64,000 nt of DNA from an uncultured Clostridia bacterium (GTDB lineage: Bacteria; Bacillota; Clostridia; Christensenellales; UBA1242): contig CAMRSX010000005.1 in assembly GCA_947053595.1 (NCBI GenBank), positions 5,212 to 69,211 on the forward strand. The letters are read 5' to 3'. Shown piece after piece: positions 29,816-38,214 of this stretch (position 1 is the first letter of the stretch; every line of letters begins with the position of its first letter). The notes beneath the pieces are model-generated. The model was not told the DNA's origin. It ran no database searches and worked only from the letters and a program-made list of their open reading frames with translations. The translations under genes were made by a program, and so were the position numbers.

Positions 29816-30817
29816 ATGAACATCAAAAAAAGTATTGTGCTTTGTGACACAAAAAACAACACCGAAAGAAAGGCGGTGCTTTCCCTTCAAGAAGAGCTTG
29901 GCAGCGTGAAAGGGTCGCTGAGGTTATACAATTTTCCAGCCGAACTGGAGGGTATAAGCTCGTTGGGATTTTATTTCGACCAAAAAGTAATCAAGGCGGG
30001 TTTAACGCAAAAAGCTTATATGCTTTATGAGTTTTTTCTGGATTTGAAGCAAATTCCTCAAAATTTTTCGGTGGCGGTTGTCAACTTTCAAAATGCCGTG
30101 GCAACGCCAATTTTGTATGGCAGCAGTCAGGGGAGTGATGACAACATCTATGGCAGCATAATCAGCACGCTTTCGGGGCAAAAACTGACGGCGGCTGGCA
30201 CAGCAAAAGTGCTGGACAATTTTGGCGTGCAACTGGAAGAAGAAAGCATGGCACAGGTGGAAAAAGACATTGACGACGCACTTTGCAAAGGCAACTGCGA
30301 AGAGTGTGTATATAAAAAGTATTTTTATGAAAATCAACCTCTTGCGCAAGAGGCGGTGGCTGTTGCAGCAGAAAGGCAAGACTTTTCAGAGCCTTTGCAA
30401 ACCTTTGAAAGCGCGCCTCAAAAAATAGCTGCCACTTTGCAAGAAGAGAAAGAAGAACAGCCACAACAGGCAGAAAAAGAACCAATGTTTTTTGACAAGC
30501 TTAAGCCACAAATTGACAAGCTTTTTGAAAAAAATCCAGTTGAAAGCAACTTGCAATCCCTAATCCCTTCTTCAAAATGGGTTAAGGTGGAATATGAAGA
30601 CGATGGCGATTTTTATGTGTTTGGCTTGCTGTATGACGAGCAAGAAAATGTGAAATATGTTTGCTATGGCATTCCTGCTGTGTTTGACCAGCAGCCGCCA
30701 AAAGAGCTTTCGGGCTTTCCAATTTGGCTGCCGCTTAACCAGCAAGACGGCTTTGGCTATTGGCTGACATATCAAGATGCTTCAACAGGCGAGCCTGTGA
30801 AAGCAATTATGGAATAA
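29816..30817 (+). CDS. hypothetical protein (333 aa; N-domain, E/Q-rich linker, C-domain ending GYWLTYQDASTGEPV)
   Basis: Long ORF with AGAGAGAGG SD and normal composition. No family assigned. Confidence 0.7.
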   Translation: MNIKKSIVLCDTKNNTERKAVLSLQEELGSVKGSLRLYNFPAELEGISSLGFYFDQKVIKAGLTQKAYMLYEFFLDLKQIPQNFSVAVVNFQNAVATPILYGSSQGSDDNIYGSIISTLSGQKLTAAGTAKVLDNFGVQLEEESMAQVEKDIDDALCKGNCEECVYKKYFYENQPLAQEAVAVAAERQDFSEPLQTFESAPQKIAATLQEEKEEQPQQAEKEPMFFDKLKPQIDKLFEKNPVESNLQSLIPSSKWVKVEYEDDGDFYVFGLLYDEQENVKYVCYGIPAVFDQQPPKELSGFPIWLPLNQQDGFGYWLTYQDASTGEPVKAIME

Positions 30818-30840
30818 TAAAACAATTTGTGTGGGTGAAG

Positions 30841-31782
30841 ATGAAAATTGTTGCGTGGGTTTGCCTTGGCATTGTGATTTTTGTTATTTTGGCACTTTTG
30901 CTATATCTTGTTGTGGGGGCAATTTTGTTCAAAATTGTTTTTTCAAGAAGAAGTGTGGCGTCAAGGGTGCTTAAAAAAGACACAGATAAAAGGCTGAAGG
31001 AATATAAAATTGACCTTGGCTGGTGGGACAAGGTGAAGTTTTCAAAGGTTTTCACAATTTCATTTGACGGAATTAAACTGGCTGGGCATCTGCACGAGGC
31101 AAACTCCAACAATGCAGTCATCATCTTTCACGGCTTTGGCGGAAGTTATCGCGAAATGCAGCCATATGCAAAGTTTTTTCATGACAAAAATTTCAATGTG
31201 CTGGCGGTGGATATGCGCGCGCACGGCGACAGTGAAGGCAACTGCATTGGCTATGGCTGGCTGGACAGAAAGGATGTGGCAAGTTGGGTGAAGTTTTTGA
31301 ATGAAAAAAAGACCGAAAGCAAAATCTTGCTTTTTGGCCTTTCAATGGGTGCCTCCTCTGTGTGCATGGCAGCAGGGGAGAAAAACTTGCAAAATGTGGT
31401 GGGCATTGTGTCTGATTGCGCCTTTGCAAATGCGGACAAAGAAATTGAACATATTATGCACAAGCGAAAAATCTTTCTCAAACTCATCAAGCAGCACGCT
31501 TTCAGCTATGCCAAAAGGTTGTATGGTTTTGATGTGAAAAATGCAGATGCAACTTCACAGGTGAAAAATTCCAAAGTGCCAATTTTGTTCATTCATGGAC
31601 AGGAAGACGATTTTGTGCCGCTGGAAAATGTCAACACACTTTTCAACGCCACGCCGCCAAACTTGCGAGAGAAATATGTTGCATCGGGCGCAAAGCACGC
31701 AATGTCATATGCGGTGCAAGGCGTGCTTTATGAAAAACGAATAAGTGAGTTTTTGTCCAAACGCACAAATCTAGAAAGGTAG
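30841..31782 (+). CDS. alpha/beta hydrolase, N-terminal TM anchor
   Basis: HGFGGS...GLSMGASS (GxSxG)...HGQEDDFVP...H. ATG at 30841 precedes the TM MKIVAWVCLGIVIF. Confidence 0.85.
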   Translation: MKIVAWVCLGIVIFVILALLLYLVVGAILFKIVFSRRSVASRVLKKDTDKRLKEYKIDLGWWDKVKFSKVFTISFDGIKLAGHLHEANSNNAVIIFHGFGGSYREMQPYAKFFHDKNFNVLAVDMRAHGDSEGNCIGYGWLDRKDVASWVKFLNEKKTESKILLFGLSMGASSVCMAAGEKNLQNVVGIVSDCAFANADKEIEHIMHKRKIFLKLIKQHAFSYAKRLYGFDVKNADATSQVKNSKVPILFIHGQEDDFVPLENVNTLFNATPPNLREKYVASGAKHAMSYAVQGVLYEKRISEFLSKRTNLER

Positions 31783-32631
31783 TCCATAAATTTTTGTGTA
31801 ATAATAGTCTGAGCCGTTGTCCACAATGGTGACGGTTGGATATTTGCTTCCCACAATCACCATCTTAATGAAATTTGTAAATTGCAGCTTGCACACGCCA
31901 GACATGTAAGAAACTGTGATTGTGTTTGCAATAAAGCTGTTTGCCGTCCTGAAAGGAATTAAAACTTTCAAACTTGTCACTTTCAAGCCCGGCAACTCTG
32001 ACAGGTCAAAGACGTCCACAATGTGGTCGCCAGTGCAATAGAAAACATATCTCAGTTTTTTATATTTTTTCAAATCCGGCGCATAGGTGTCAATAACTGC
32101 GCTTTTGTTTATGCCATTTGGAAAACCCCAGTTAAGCTTGGGGTCGGAGCTGGTTTTGTCATAAAGCACCTCCCAAACCTCCTCACCACCGCCACCACTT
32201 CCAATGCTGGACTCAAGGTCTGGAATCACGGTGTTTGTGAGGTGATTTAAGCCGCTTTCCAAAGAGGCAAGTTTGGAGTTTGTTGTGCTTTGAAAGCTGG
32301 AAAAACTGCCATTTAAACTGCTTACACTGCTCTCCAGTGTGGAAATTTTTGGGTTGACAGTGTTTTGGAAATTGGATAAACTGCTGCTTAAACTTTCCAG
32401 TTGTGTGGTGGTGGAAGTTTTAAAGCTTCCAAGCTCGGCTTTCATTCCGCCAAGCTCGGTGCCCAAGCCGCCAAGCTCGGCTTTCAGTCCGTCCAGTTGA
32501 GGTTGCAGCGTTTCCGTCAAAAGCCCAAGCTTTTCATTAAACTGCTTAAGTTCTGGAATGGCGTTTTTCATCAGATGCGAAAACTGCTTTTTGATGTCTT
32601 CAAATTCGCTTTCAAGTGTTTCAATGTTCAT
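31771..32631 (-). CDS. tail-fibre-like / fibrous protein: repeat-rich coiled N-half, Gly linker, globular C-domain
   Basis: AGGAGA SD. (L/M)KAELGG x3, LESxxSSLxxF repeats, SGGGGE linker, then a beta-rich 130-aa C-terminus. No signal peptide. Confidence 0.7.
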   Translation of the reverse strand: MNIETLESEFEDIKKQFSHLMKNAIPELKQFNEKLGLLTETLQPQLDGLKAELGGLGTELGGMKAELGSFKTSTTTQLESLSSSLSNFQNTVNPKISTLESSVSSLNGSFSSFQSTTNSKLASLESGLNHLTNTVIPDLESSIGSGGGGEEVWEVLYDKTSSDPKLNWGFPNGINKSAVIDTYAPDLKKYKKLRYVFYCTGDHIVDVFDLSELPGLKVTSLKVLIPFRTANSFIANTITVSYMSGVCKLQFTNFIKMVIVGSKYPTVTIVDNGSDYYYTKIYGLPF

Positions 32632-32679
32632 ATTTTTCTCCTAAAAATTGATTTTCAAATTAAATATAGTAAAAAAAAA

Positions 32680-32701
32680 GCATAAAAACAATGTTTTATG
32701 C
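32680..32701. terminator. bidirectional hairpin terminator
   Basis: GCATAAAA-ACAATG-TTTTATGC flanked by A9 and a T-run. Confidence 0.6.
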
Positions 32702-32829
32702 CATTTTTTATTTTTGCTTTTTGTTTTAAACATTGCAAACAAGTTTTAAAAAATTTGTTCGGAGTAAGCGGTGAAACATATCTTTTTGCAGCTGAGGTGC
32801 GCACAAAATTGATGTCTTATCATCGCCAC

Positions 32830-33495
32830 TTATTTTCGCTTTAAAGCGCTTTTGTTTTTGCCCCTCATAAACAGCCAAGCAAACACAATGCCCAGAACTG
32901 CCAAAACCACAATGCCGCAGGTGATAAGCAGTGGATTGATGCCGTTTGGCTTTATGTATTTGGTCTGCAAAAATCCAAAGCGCACCTGATTGTCTTTCAA
33001 AAAGGAGATGGCAGTAAATTCGCTTTTGCTGTCAAAACCTTCATACAAAAACAACTTTTCGCCTTTTTCCAAAAGGATGTCGCTTTCCACAAATTGGTTT
33101 TCTTCCTTAAAGAGAACTTTGCAAGAGGCATTGGTTTTTGCATTGAAGTTTGGGATAGATTGAAGCATGTCGCTTTGCGGTGTGAGAAGGTCCGCCAAAA
33201 CAAAGCCAACAACTTCGCTCTCTTCAAACTGAAATTTGGTTTGTGTTTTGTTGAAATTGAAACCGTCATGCGCAAACAAAGTGGCGCCATTTTCCCCCAT
33301 TTCCAGTTTAATTGTGCTGTTGTGAGAAAGTGTGGCAATTTTTGCGGAAGAAAAATCTGGCGCAGCATACACCACTGCCACATTTGCCGTCACCACAAAG
33401 GTGTCTTCTTGAACTTGGGCGTTGCAGACGCTTGTTGGCGCAAAAATCGCCAAACACGCAAACATAAGCAAAAATGCAAAAACAATCCGCTTCAT
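32830..33495 (-). CDS. secreted / C-terminally anchored protein with two SH3b-like domains (putative)
   Basis: Signal peptide MKRIVFAFLLMFACLAIFAPTSVCNA, two ~70-aa beta-rich repeats, C-terminal TM plus KRK. Start could be 33495 or 33513; neither has a good SD. Confidence 0.6.
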   Translation of the reverse strand: MKRIVFAFLLMFACLAIFAPTSVCNAQVQEDTFVVTANVAVVYAAPDFSSAKIATLSHNSTIKLEMGENGATLFAHDGFNFNKTQTKFQFEESEVVGFVLADLLTPQSDMLQSIPNFNAKTNASCKVLFKEENQFVESDILLEKGEKLFLYEGFDSKSEFTAISFLKDNQVRFGFLQTKYIKPNGINPLLITCGIVVLAVLGIVFAWLFMRGKNKSALKRK

Positions 33496-33721
33496 AGTTT
33501 TATTAAACACCATTTTTGCTTAAAAAGTCAACAAGTCCGCACAAAAATCAGAAAAGCAAATCAGAAGCGCAATATTAATTGTGCTTTTTTGAGTGAGTTT
33601 TGAAATATTTTTGATAATTTGTCCACAAAAGTGCTATTTAAGAATTTTGTCAAATAAGATATAAAAAGAGGAACTTGTTTTCGCTACAAATATGCTTTAA
33701 ATGACAAGAGGTGCAATTTTT

Positions 33722-33904
33722 ATGTTTTTGACAATTAAGAAAAAATCAATTTTGGCTGTTTTGTTGTGCGTGTTGTGCGTAGGGGCATTTTGTGGGGCAT
33801 ATTTTCCTGTCAAGGCAAACACTTCGCCAAAGCCGGTGCATACAATTGTGATTGACGCTGGGCACGGCGGGGATGATGTCAAGTTAGGACAGTATAATTT
33901 TTGA
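33722..33904 (+). pseudogene. 5' fragment of a CwlD-type N-acetylmuramoyl-L-alanine amidase gene
   Basis: MFLTIKKKSILAVLLCVLCVGAFCGAYFPVKANTSPKPVHTIVIDAGHGG parallels the first ~52 aa of the intact gene at 34751. Homology stops at about 33873, followed by 10 unrelated codons and a stop. Confidence 0.7.
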
Positions 33905-33913
33905 TAAAATAAT

Positions 33914-33939
33914 AAAGCATATCGATTGATATGCTTTTT
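33914..33939. terminator. hairpin terminator downstream of the LRR gene
   Basis: AAGCATATC-GATT-GATATGCTT with flanking A/T runs. Confidence 0.65.
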
Positions 33940-33944
33940 GGTGT

Positions 33945-34655
33945 TTAAAGTTCTAGCTCTTCAGGTTTAAGTGTCCTTTTTTGTTCGCCCTGAGGGAAAG
34001 TGCTGTGGTGGAAGCGTATATCGTTGTTATTGCGCTTAGACTTAGTAGCACTTATTCTGGCAGGCGTTCCTGTATTAGAGTTTTTACAACTTGGTGTTTT
34101 TATAATTTGTAAATAGTTAGGACAAAAATCAAAAACATTTTTTCTTAAATTCGTTGTTTCAGGGATTGTTATATGTTGTAAAGATTTGCAAAGGGTAAAT
34201 GCATTATTTCCTATTTCGGATACACTCTTTGGAATCTCTATGCATTGTAATGATCCGCAACCCATAAATGCCCCATCTTGTATTTTAGTTACGCCTTCTT
34301 GAATTTTTATGATTTGTAAGGAAAAACAATTACCAAATGCCCCGGCTCCTATCTCGGTAACGCTTCCTGGAATAGCTATATCTTGTAAAGATCGGCAGTG
34401 AGTAAATGCGCCAGCTCCTATTTTGAGAATAGTTTCTGGAATGGTTACGCTTCGTAAAGATTCGCAAAAAGCAAATGCTCCAGCTCCTATTTCGGTTACG
34501 CTTTTTGGAATTTTTACACTTTGTAAAGATTTGCAATTAACAAATGCATACTCTCCAATTTTGGTAACTTCTTTCCAAAACATGATAGGAAATAATTTCA
34601 AAAGTCTTAAATCTTCATCAGTCACTTTATTTAAAACTCCATTTATCTTATTCAT
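33945..34655 (-). CDS. BspA-type leucine-rich-repeat protein
   Basis: Six ~23-aa repeats (IPxSVTEIGxGAFxxCxSLxxI). AAGGAGA SD. Visibly more AT-rich than its neighbours. Confidence 0.85.
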   Translation of the reverse strand: MNKINGVLNKVTDEDLRLLKLFPIMFWKEVTKIGEYAFVNCKSLQSVKIPKSVTEIGAGAFAFCESLRSVTIPETILKIGAGAFTHCRSLQDIAIPGSVTEIGAGAFGNCFSLQIIKIQEGVTKIQDGAFMGCGSLQCIEIPKSVSEIGNNAFTLCKSLQHITIPETTNLRKNVFDFCPNYLQIIKTPSCKNSNTGTPARISATKSKRNNNDIRFHHSTFPQGEQKRTLKPEELEL

Positions 34656-34750
34656 TAAGTTTTCTCCTTTATATTTAAACTATAACATAAATCTGTATTT
34701 ATTTCAATAAGAAAGTTATATAATTTTTTCTCATTTAATAAAATACTTTG

Positions 34751-35449
34751 ATGAAAACTACATTTTTAATAGTTAAGAAAAAGACAATTATCACAGTATT
34801 ACTATGTGCAATTGCAATATGTACCTTTTGCGGGGCGTATTTTCCTATTAAAGCCAGCGCAACACCAAAGGCGGTCCACACAATTGTTATTGATGCGGGG
34901 CATGGCGGAAAAGACGGCGGAGCGGTTGGCAAAAAAACGCAGGTGACAGAAAGCTGGCTTAATTTGCAATACACCATGACGCTTAAAAATGTGGCAGAGC
35001 AGTTTGGATATAGGGTGGTTTTGACGCGCGAAGATATGAATGGGCTTTATTCTCCACTGGCAACCAACAAAAAGCGCAGCGAAATGGAGAAGCGAGAGAA
35101 AATCATCAAAAAAGCAAATCCAGATGTTGTGGTGAGCGTTCACATGAACAGCTTTCCTTCTTCCGCGGCGCACGGCAGTCAGGTTTATTATGCTTCTGGC
35201 AATCAAGCAGGACAGATGCTTGCCGACAGCGTTTCTGGCAGTTTGCACAAAAACATCAAAAATGCCAAGTTGACCTCCAAAGTTGGCGATTTTTATGTGC
35301 TTAACTGCACGCAAAGCCCCGCCATTTTGGTGGAATGCGGATTTTTGTCCAATCCAGAAGAGGAGATGTTGCTGCAAGAGCAAGAATATATGCAAAAGTT
35401 TTGTTATCATCTTTTTTGTGGTATTTTGAGTTTTTTCAGCTTTGAATAG
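34751..35449 (+). CDS. cwlD: N-acetylmuramoyl-L-alanine amidase, CwlD-like (TM anchor plus Amidase_3)
   Basis: TM, then HTIVIDAGHGGKDGGAVG...VVSVHMNS...VLNCTQSPAILVECGFLSNPEE. Confidence 0.8.
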   Translation: MKTTFLIVKKKTIITVLLCAIAICTFCGAYFPIKASATPKAVHTIVIDAGHGGKDGGAVGKKTQVTESWLNLQYTMTLKNVAEQFGYRVVLTREDMNGLYSPLATNKKRSEMEKREKIIKKANPDVVVSVHMNSFPSSAAHGSQVYYASGNQAGQMLADSVSGSLHKNIKNAKLTSKVGDFYVLNCTQSPAILVECGFLSNPEEEMLLQEQEYMQKFCYHLFCGILSFFSFE

Positions 35450-35551
35450 CGCTCTTCTGCAAACAAACAACTTTTTCGACAAAAACCAACCAACAATCCA
35501 TAAACCCTCTTTTTGTAATTTGATTTACACTTAAGCAAGAGGGTTTTTTGT

Positions 35552-37876
35552 ATGGGGTTTAAAAGCGGTTTTGCAAAAAAAGGAAAGTTTCAGCTGAACA
35601 AATATCTTTTTTTTGCCTTGCAATTTTTCATATTTTTGGCACTTTTTTTTGTGCTGTTCAATTCCAGTGTCAACATGGTGATTTTCCCTTTTGCATTTGG
35701 AATGTTGTTTGCGCTCACTTGGGCAAATCAGAAGGTGTGGCTGTTGGTGCCAGCCTATGTTGCCGCGGGCGTTGCGCATCAGCCAAACTTGGAGTTTGCC
35801 ATCTGCATGATGGTGTGCATCTTTTGTTTGGTTGTGCCATATTTCATACATCTTCTTTGCAAGAAAAACATGAAAAAGTGGGAGTTTGCAATTTTTGCAA
35901 CCCTAAGCCAAACGGCAAATGTGGTGTTTTCCATTCTTTCGGGGCAGTTTTGGGCGCTGCCGCTTGTTTGCATTGTTTTGGGCGTGCTTTTCATGTGGGC
36001 GTGCATCAATGTGTTTGAAGCCATCATCATTCGCGGGTTCACCAACAAACTCACCATTTTGGAAATTGTTTCGTTGTTTTCCATAATTGCGTGCATCTGT
36101 GGCGGTTTGGTGAGTTTAAACATTGGTGCGTTCAGCTTTTTGAAATTGTTTATGGGTTTTGTGCTGTTGCTGTTTGCGTTTTGCAGCACGCCGCTTTTGA
36201 CACTCTTGGTGGCGTGCATTGGAGGAATTGGCTCGCTGATTGCCACCAACAACCCGCTTTACATTGCGCCATTTGTGATTTGGGCGCTTTGCATGCTGGT
36301 GTTTAAAAAACGCTTCCGCATTTTTATGGTGATTTCCTTTTTGTGCGTGGAAGTGATTATTGGTTTCTATTTCAAGCTGTATGTTTCGTTTGGCATCATT
36401 GAGGTTTTGCCAGCGCTGATTGCCAGCGGGGTGTTTATGTTGCTGCCAAAGCAGCTTTGTGAAGAAGTTGCTGTCATTTTCAATCTGTCCAAAGACCGCG
36501 TTGCCATGAAGAATGTGGCAAACAGAAATCGCGAAATTTTGCATCAGCGGCTGGGCAACTTGGCGGAAGTTTTCAACGACATGAACACAATATATCGCAA
36601 ACTCATAAAGCAAAACATGACCTTTGAAGAAGTGCAGGCGGTTTTGGAACAGGAGATTGCAGACAAAATTTGCTCTTTCTGCCCAGAGCGAAACCATTGC
36701 CATCGCACATTCTCGCAAAACACAAAGCAAGTTTTTGACGAACTTATCAAGATTGCCTTTGAAAAGGGAAAGGCCACTCTTTTGGACATTCCGTCATATC
36801 TCACCTCCAGATGCAAGCAGACAAGCGCCATTTTGGGCTCGGTGAACGCACTGACATCGCAATATAAAAAATACATCAGCATGACGCACGATGTGGACAC
36901 CAGCAAGCTTATCATTGCCGAGCAACTTTTGGGTGTTTCAAAGGTGATGACCCAGCTTTCCAAAGAAGTGGAATCCACCATCTCTTTTGACACCGCGAAA
37001 GAAAACAAAATTTTGGATGAGTTGACCTATTACAACATTGTGTGCATTGATGTTGTGGTGTTTGAAAAGGATGTGCACACCATTGCCGCGTGTGTGGTTG
37101 TGCGAAATGATGACAGCGAAAAACCTCGTCTTTCTGACGTTGTCAGCAAGGTGTGCGGATGCAAAATGGCAGTGACAGAAATCTTTCCTTCGTCACGGCC
37201 GGGTTACAGCGTGGTGAACATGAAGACGGCACCAAAATATGACTGCATTTTTGGCGTAAGCCAACGCACCAAAAATGGCTCTAAAGTGAGCGGCGACACA
37301 TACAGCCTTGTGAAGCTGGACGGCGACCGCCTGCTGTTTGCCATAAGTGACGGCATGGGAAGCGGAGAGAAGGCGGAGGAAACCAGCGAGCTTTCCATTG
37401 CGCTTGTGGAAAATTTTTATAAAGCGGGCTTTGACAACAACCTCATTCTTTCCACCGTCAACAAGCTTCTCAACTTGCACAAAGAGGAAATTTTCAGCGC
37501 GCTGGACATCTGCGTGTTGGATGAAAAAAATGGGCTGGCAGATTTCATCAAGATGGCGTCGCCAAAATCTTACATCTTGAATGAAGACGAGTGCAAGGAG
37601 ATTGAAGCGGGGGCGCTTCCAATTGGCATTGTGGACGAAAGTAAACCGCTTGTCACAAAAAATGTGCTTTCAGCCAAAGATTTTGTCATTCTTCTTTCGG
37701 ACGGCATCAGCGACAGCTTTGAAAACGATGAAGAGCTTAAAAACTGCATCATGTCCATCAAGACAAAAAATCCGCAAGAGTTTGCGGACGAGCTGACAGA
37801 GCGTGCCCTTGCTTGCAACAACGGCTATGCAGTGGACGACATGACGGTGATTGTAATCAAAATATTAAACTTCTAA
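35552..37876 (+). CDS. spoIIE: stage II sporulation protein E (membrane PP2C phosphatase)
   Basis: About 10 N-terminal TM segments. C-terminal PP2C: VSGDTYSL...FAISDGMGSGEKA...ILLSDGISDSF...DDMTVIVIK. Confidence 0.9.
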   Translation: MGFKSGFAKKGKFQLNKYLFFALQFFIFLALFFVLFNSSVNMVIFPFAFGMLFALTWANQKVWLLVPAYVAAGVAHQPNLEFAICMMVCIFCLVVPYFIHLLCKKNMKKWEFAIFATLSQTANVVFSILSGQFWALPLVCIVLGVLFMWACINVFEAIIIRGFTNKLTILEIVSLFSIIACICGGLVSLNIGAFSFLKLFMGFVLLLFAFCSTPLLTLLVACIGGIGSLIATNNPLYIAPFVIWALCMLVFKKRFRIFMVISFLCVEVIIGFYFKLYVSFGIIEVLPALIASGVFMLLPKQLCEEVAVIFNLSKDRVAMKNVANRNREILHQRLGNLAEVFNDMNTIYRKLIKQNMTFEEVQAVLEQEIADKICSFCPERNHCHRTFSQNTKQVFDELIKIAFEKGKATLLDIPSYLTSRCKQTSAILGSVNALTSQYKKYISMTHDVDTSKLIIAEQLLGVSKVMTQLSKEVESTISFDTAKENKILDELTYYNIVCIDVVVFEKDVHTIAACVVVRNDDSEKPRLSDVVSKVCGCKMAVTEIFPSSRPGYSVVNMKTAPKYDCIFGVSQRTKNGSKVSGDTYSLVKLDGDRLLFAISDGMGSGEKAEETSELSIALVENFYKAGFDNNLILSTVNKLLNLHKEEIFSALDICVLDEKNGLADFIKMASPKSYILNEDECKEIEAGALPIGIVDESKPLVTKNVLSAKDFVILLSDGISDSFENDEELKNCIMSIKTKNPQEFADELTERALACNNGYAVDDMTVIVIKILNF

Positions 37877-37904
37877 GCTGGGACAGACACCAACTGATGT
37901 ATAT

Positions 37905-37940
37905 AAAAAAGGACTGAACCCTAAAATTTCAGTCTTTTTT
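37905..37940 (+). terminator. rho-independent terminator after spoIIE
   Basis: GACTGAA-N9-TTCAGTC plus T6. Confidence 0.75.
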
Positions 37941-38214
37941 ATGTTATTTAATCTCCCAAAAAAATGTCATGGTTTTATAATCTCCAAAATCATTTAAAGA
38001 GTAAATTTTGCAGTGAGTTGTAGCTTTTTCATATTTTTTCCTTTTGTTTTGTGCAAAGCCGTTTTTGCCATGCACAAAACAAATGTAGCATGGGGGCAAG
38101 AAAACATTAAAAAAGTTGAAAAATTTGTTGATTTTGATGCGGTTTTTGCAAAAAAGTATTGTTTTTGTGGGCTTTTTGTTGTATACTTGTTTTACAAGTT
38201 AAAAGAGGATTGTT

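Noticed and set aside
33576-33600. Orphan plus-strand terminator-like hairpin (AGCGCAAT-ATTA-ATTGTGCT plus T6) with no plus-strand gene upstream
   Set aside because: It could mark a small RNA antisense to the SH3b gene leader, but there is no promoter evidence. It may be fortuitous in AT-rich spacer DNA.
31771-35449. Interpreting tail-fibre-like + SH3b + LRR + amidase genes as an intact prophage lysis/tail module
   Set aside because: There are no capsid, portal, terminase, tape-measure, holin or integrase genes. The amidase has the CwlD-type TM-anchored architecture and sits next to spoIIE. At most this is a remnant.
34802-35482. 226-aa minus-strand ORF over the amidase gene. Similar large antisense ORFs occur at 36116-36730, 38785-39489, 28518-29126, 51703-52548, 53794-54375 and 62652-63236.
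   Set aside because: Each is opposite a gene with an unambiguous family signature (Amidase_3, SpoIIE, TilS, Tkt, PriA, Def, GlmM). These are typical antisense open frames.
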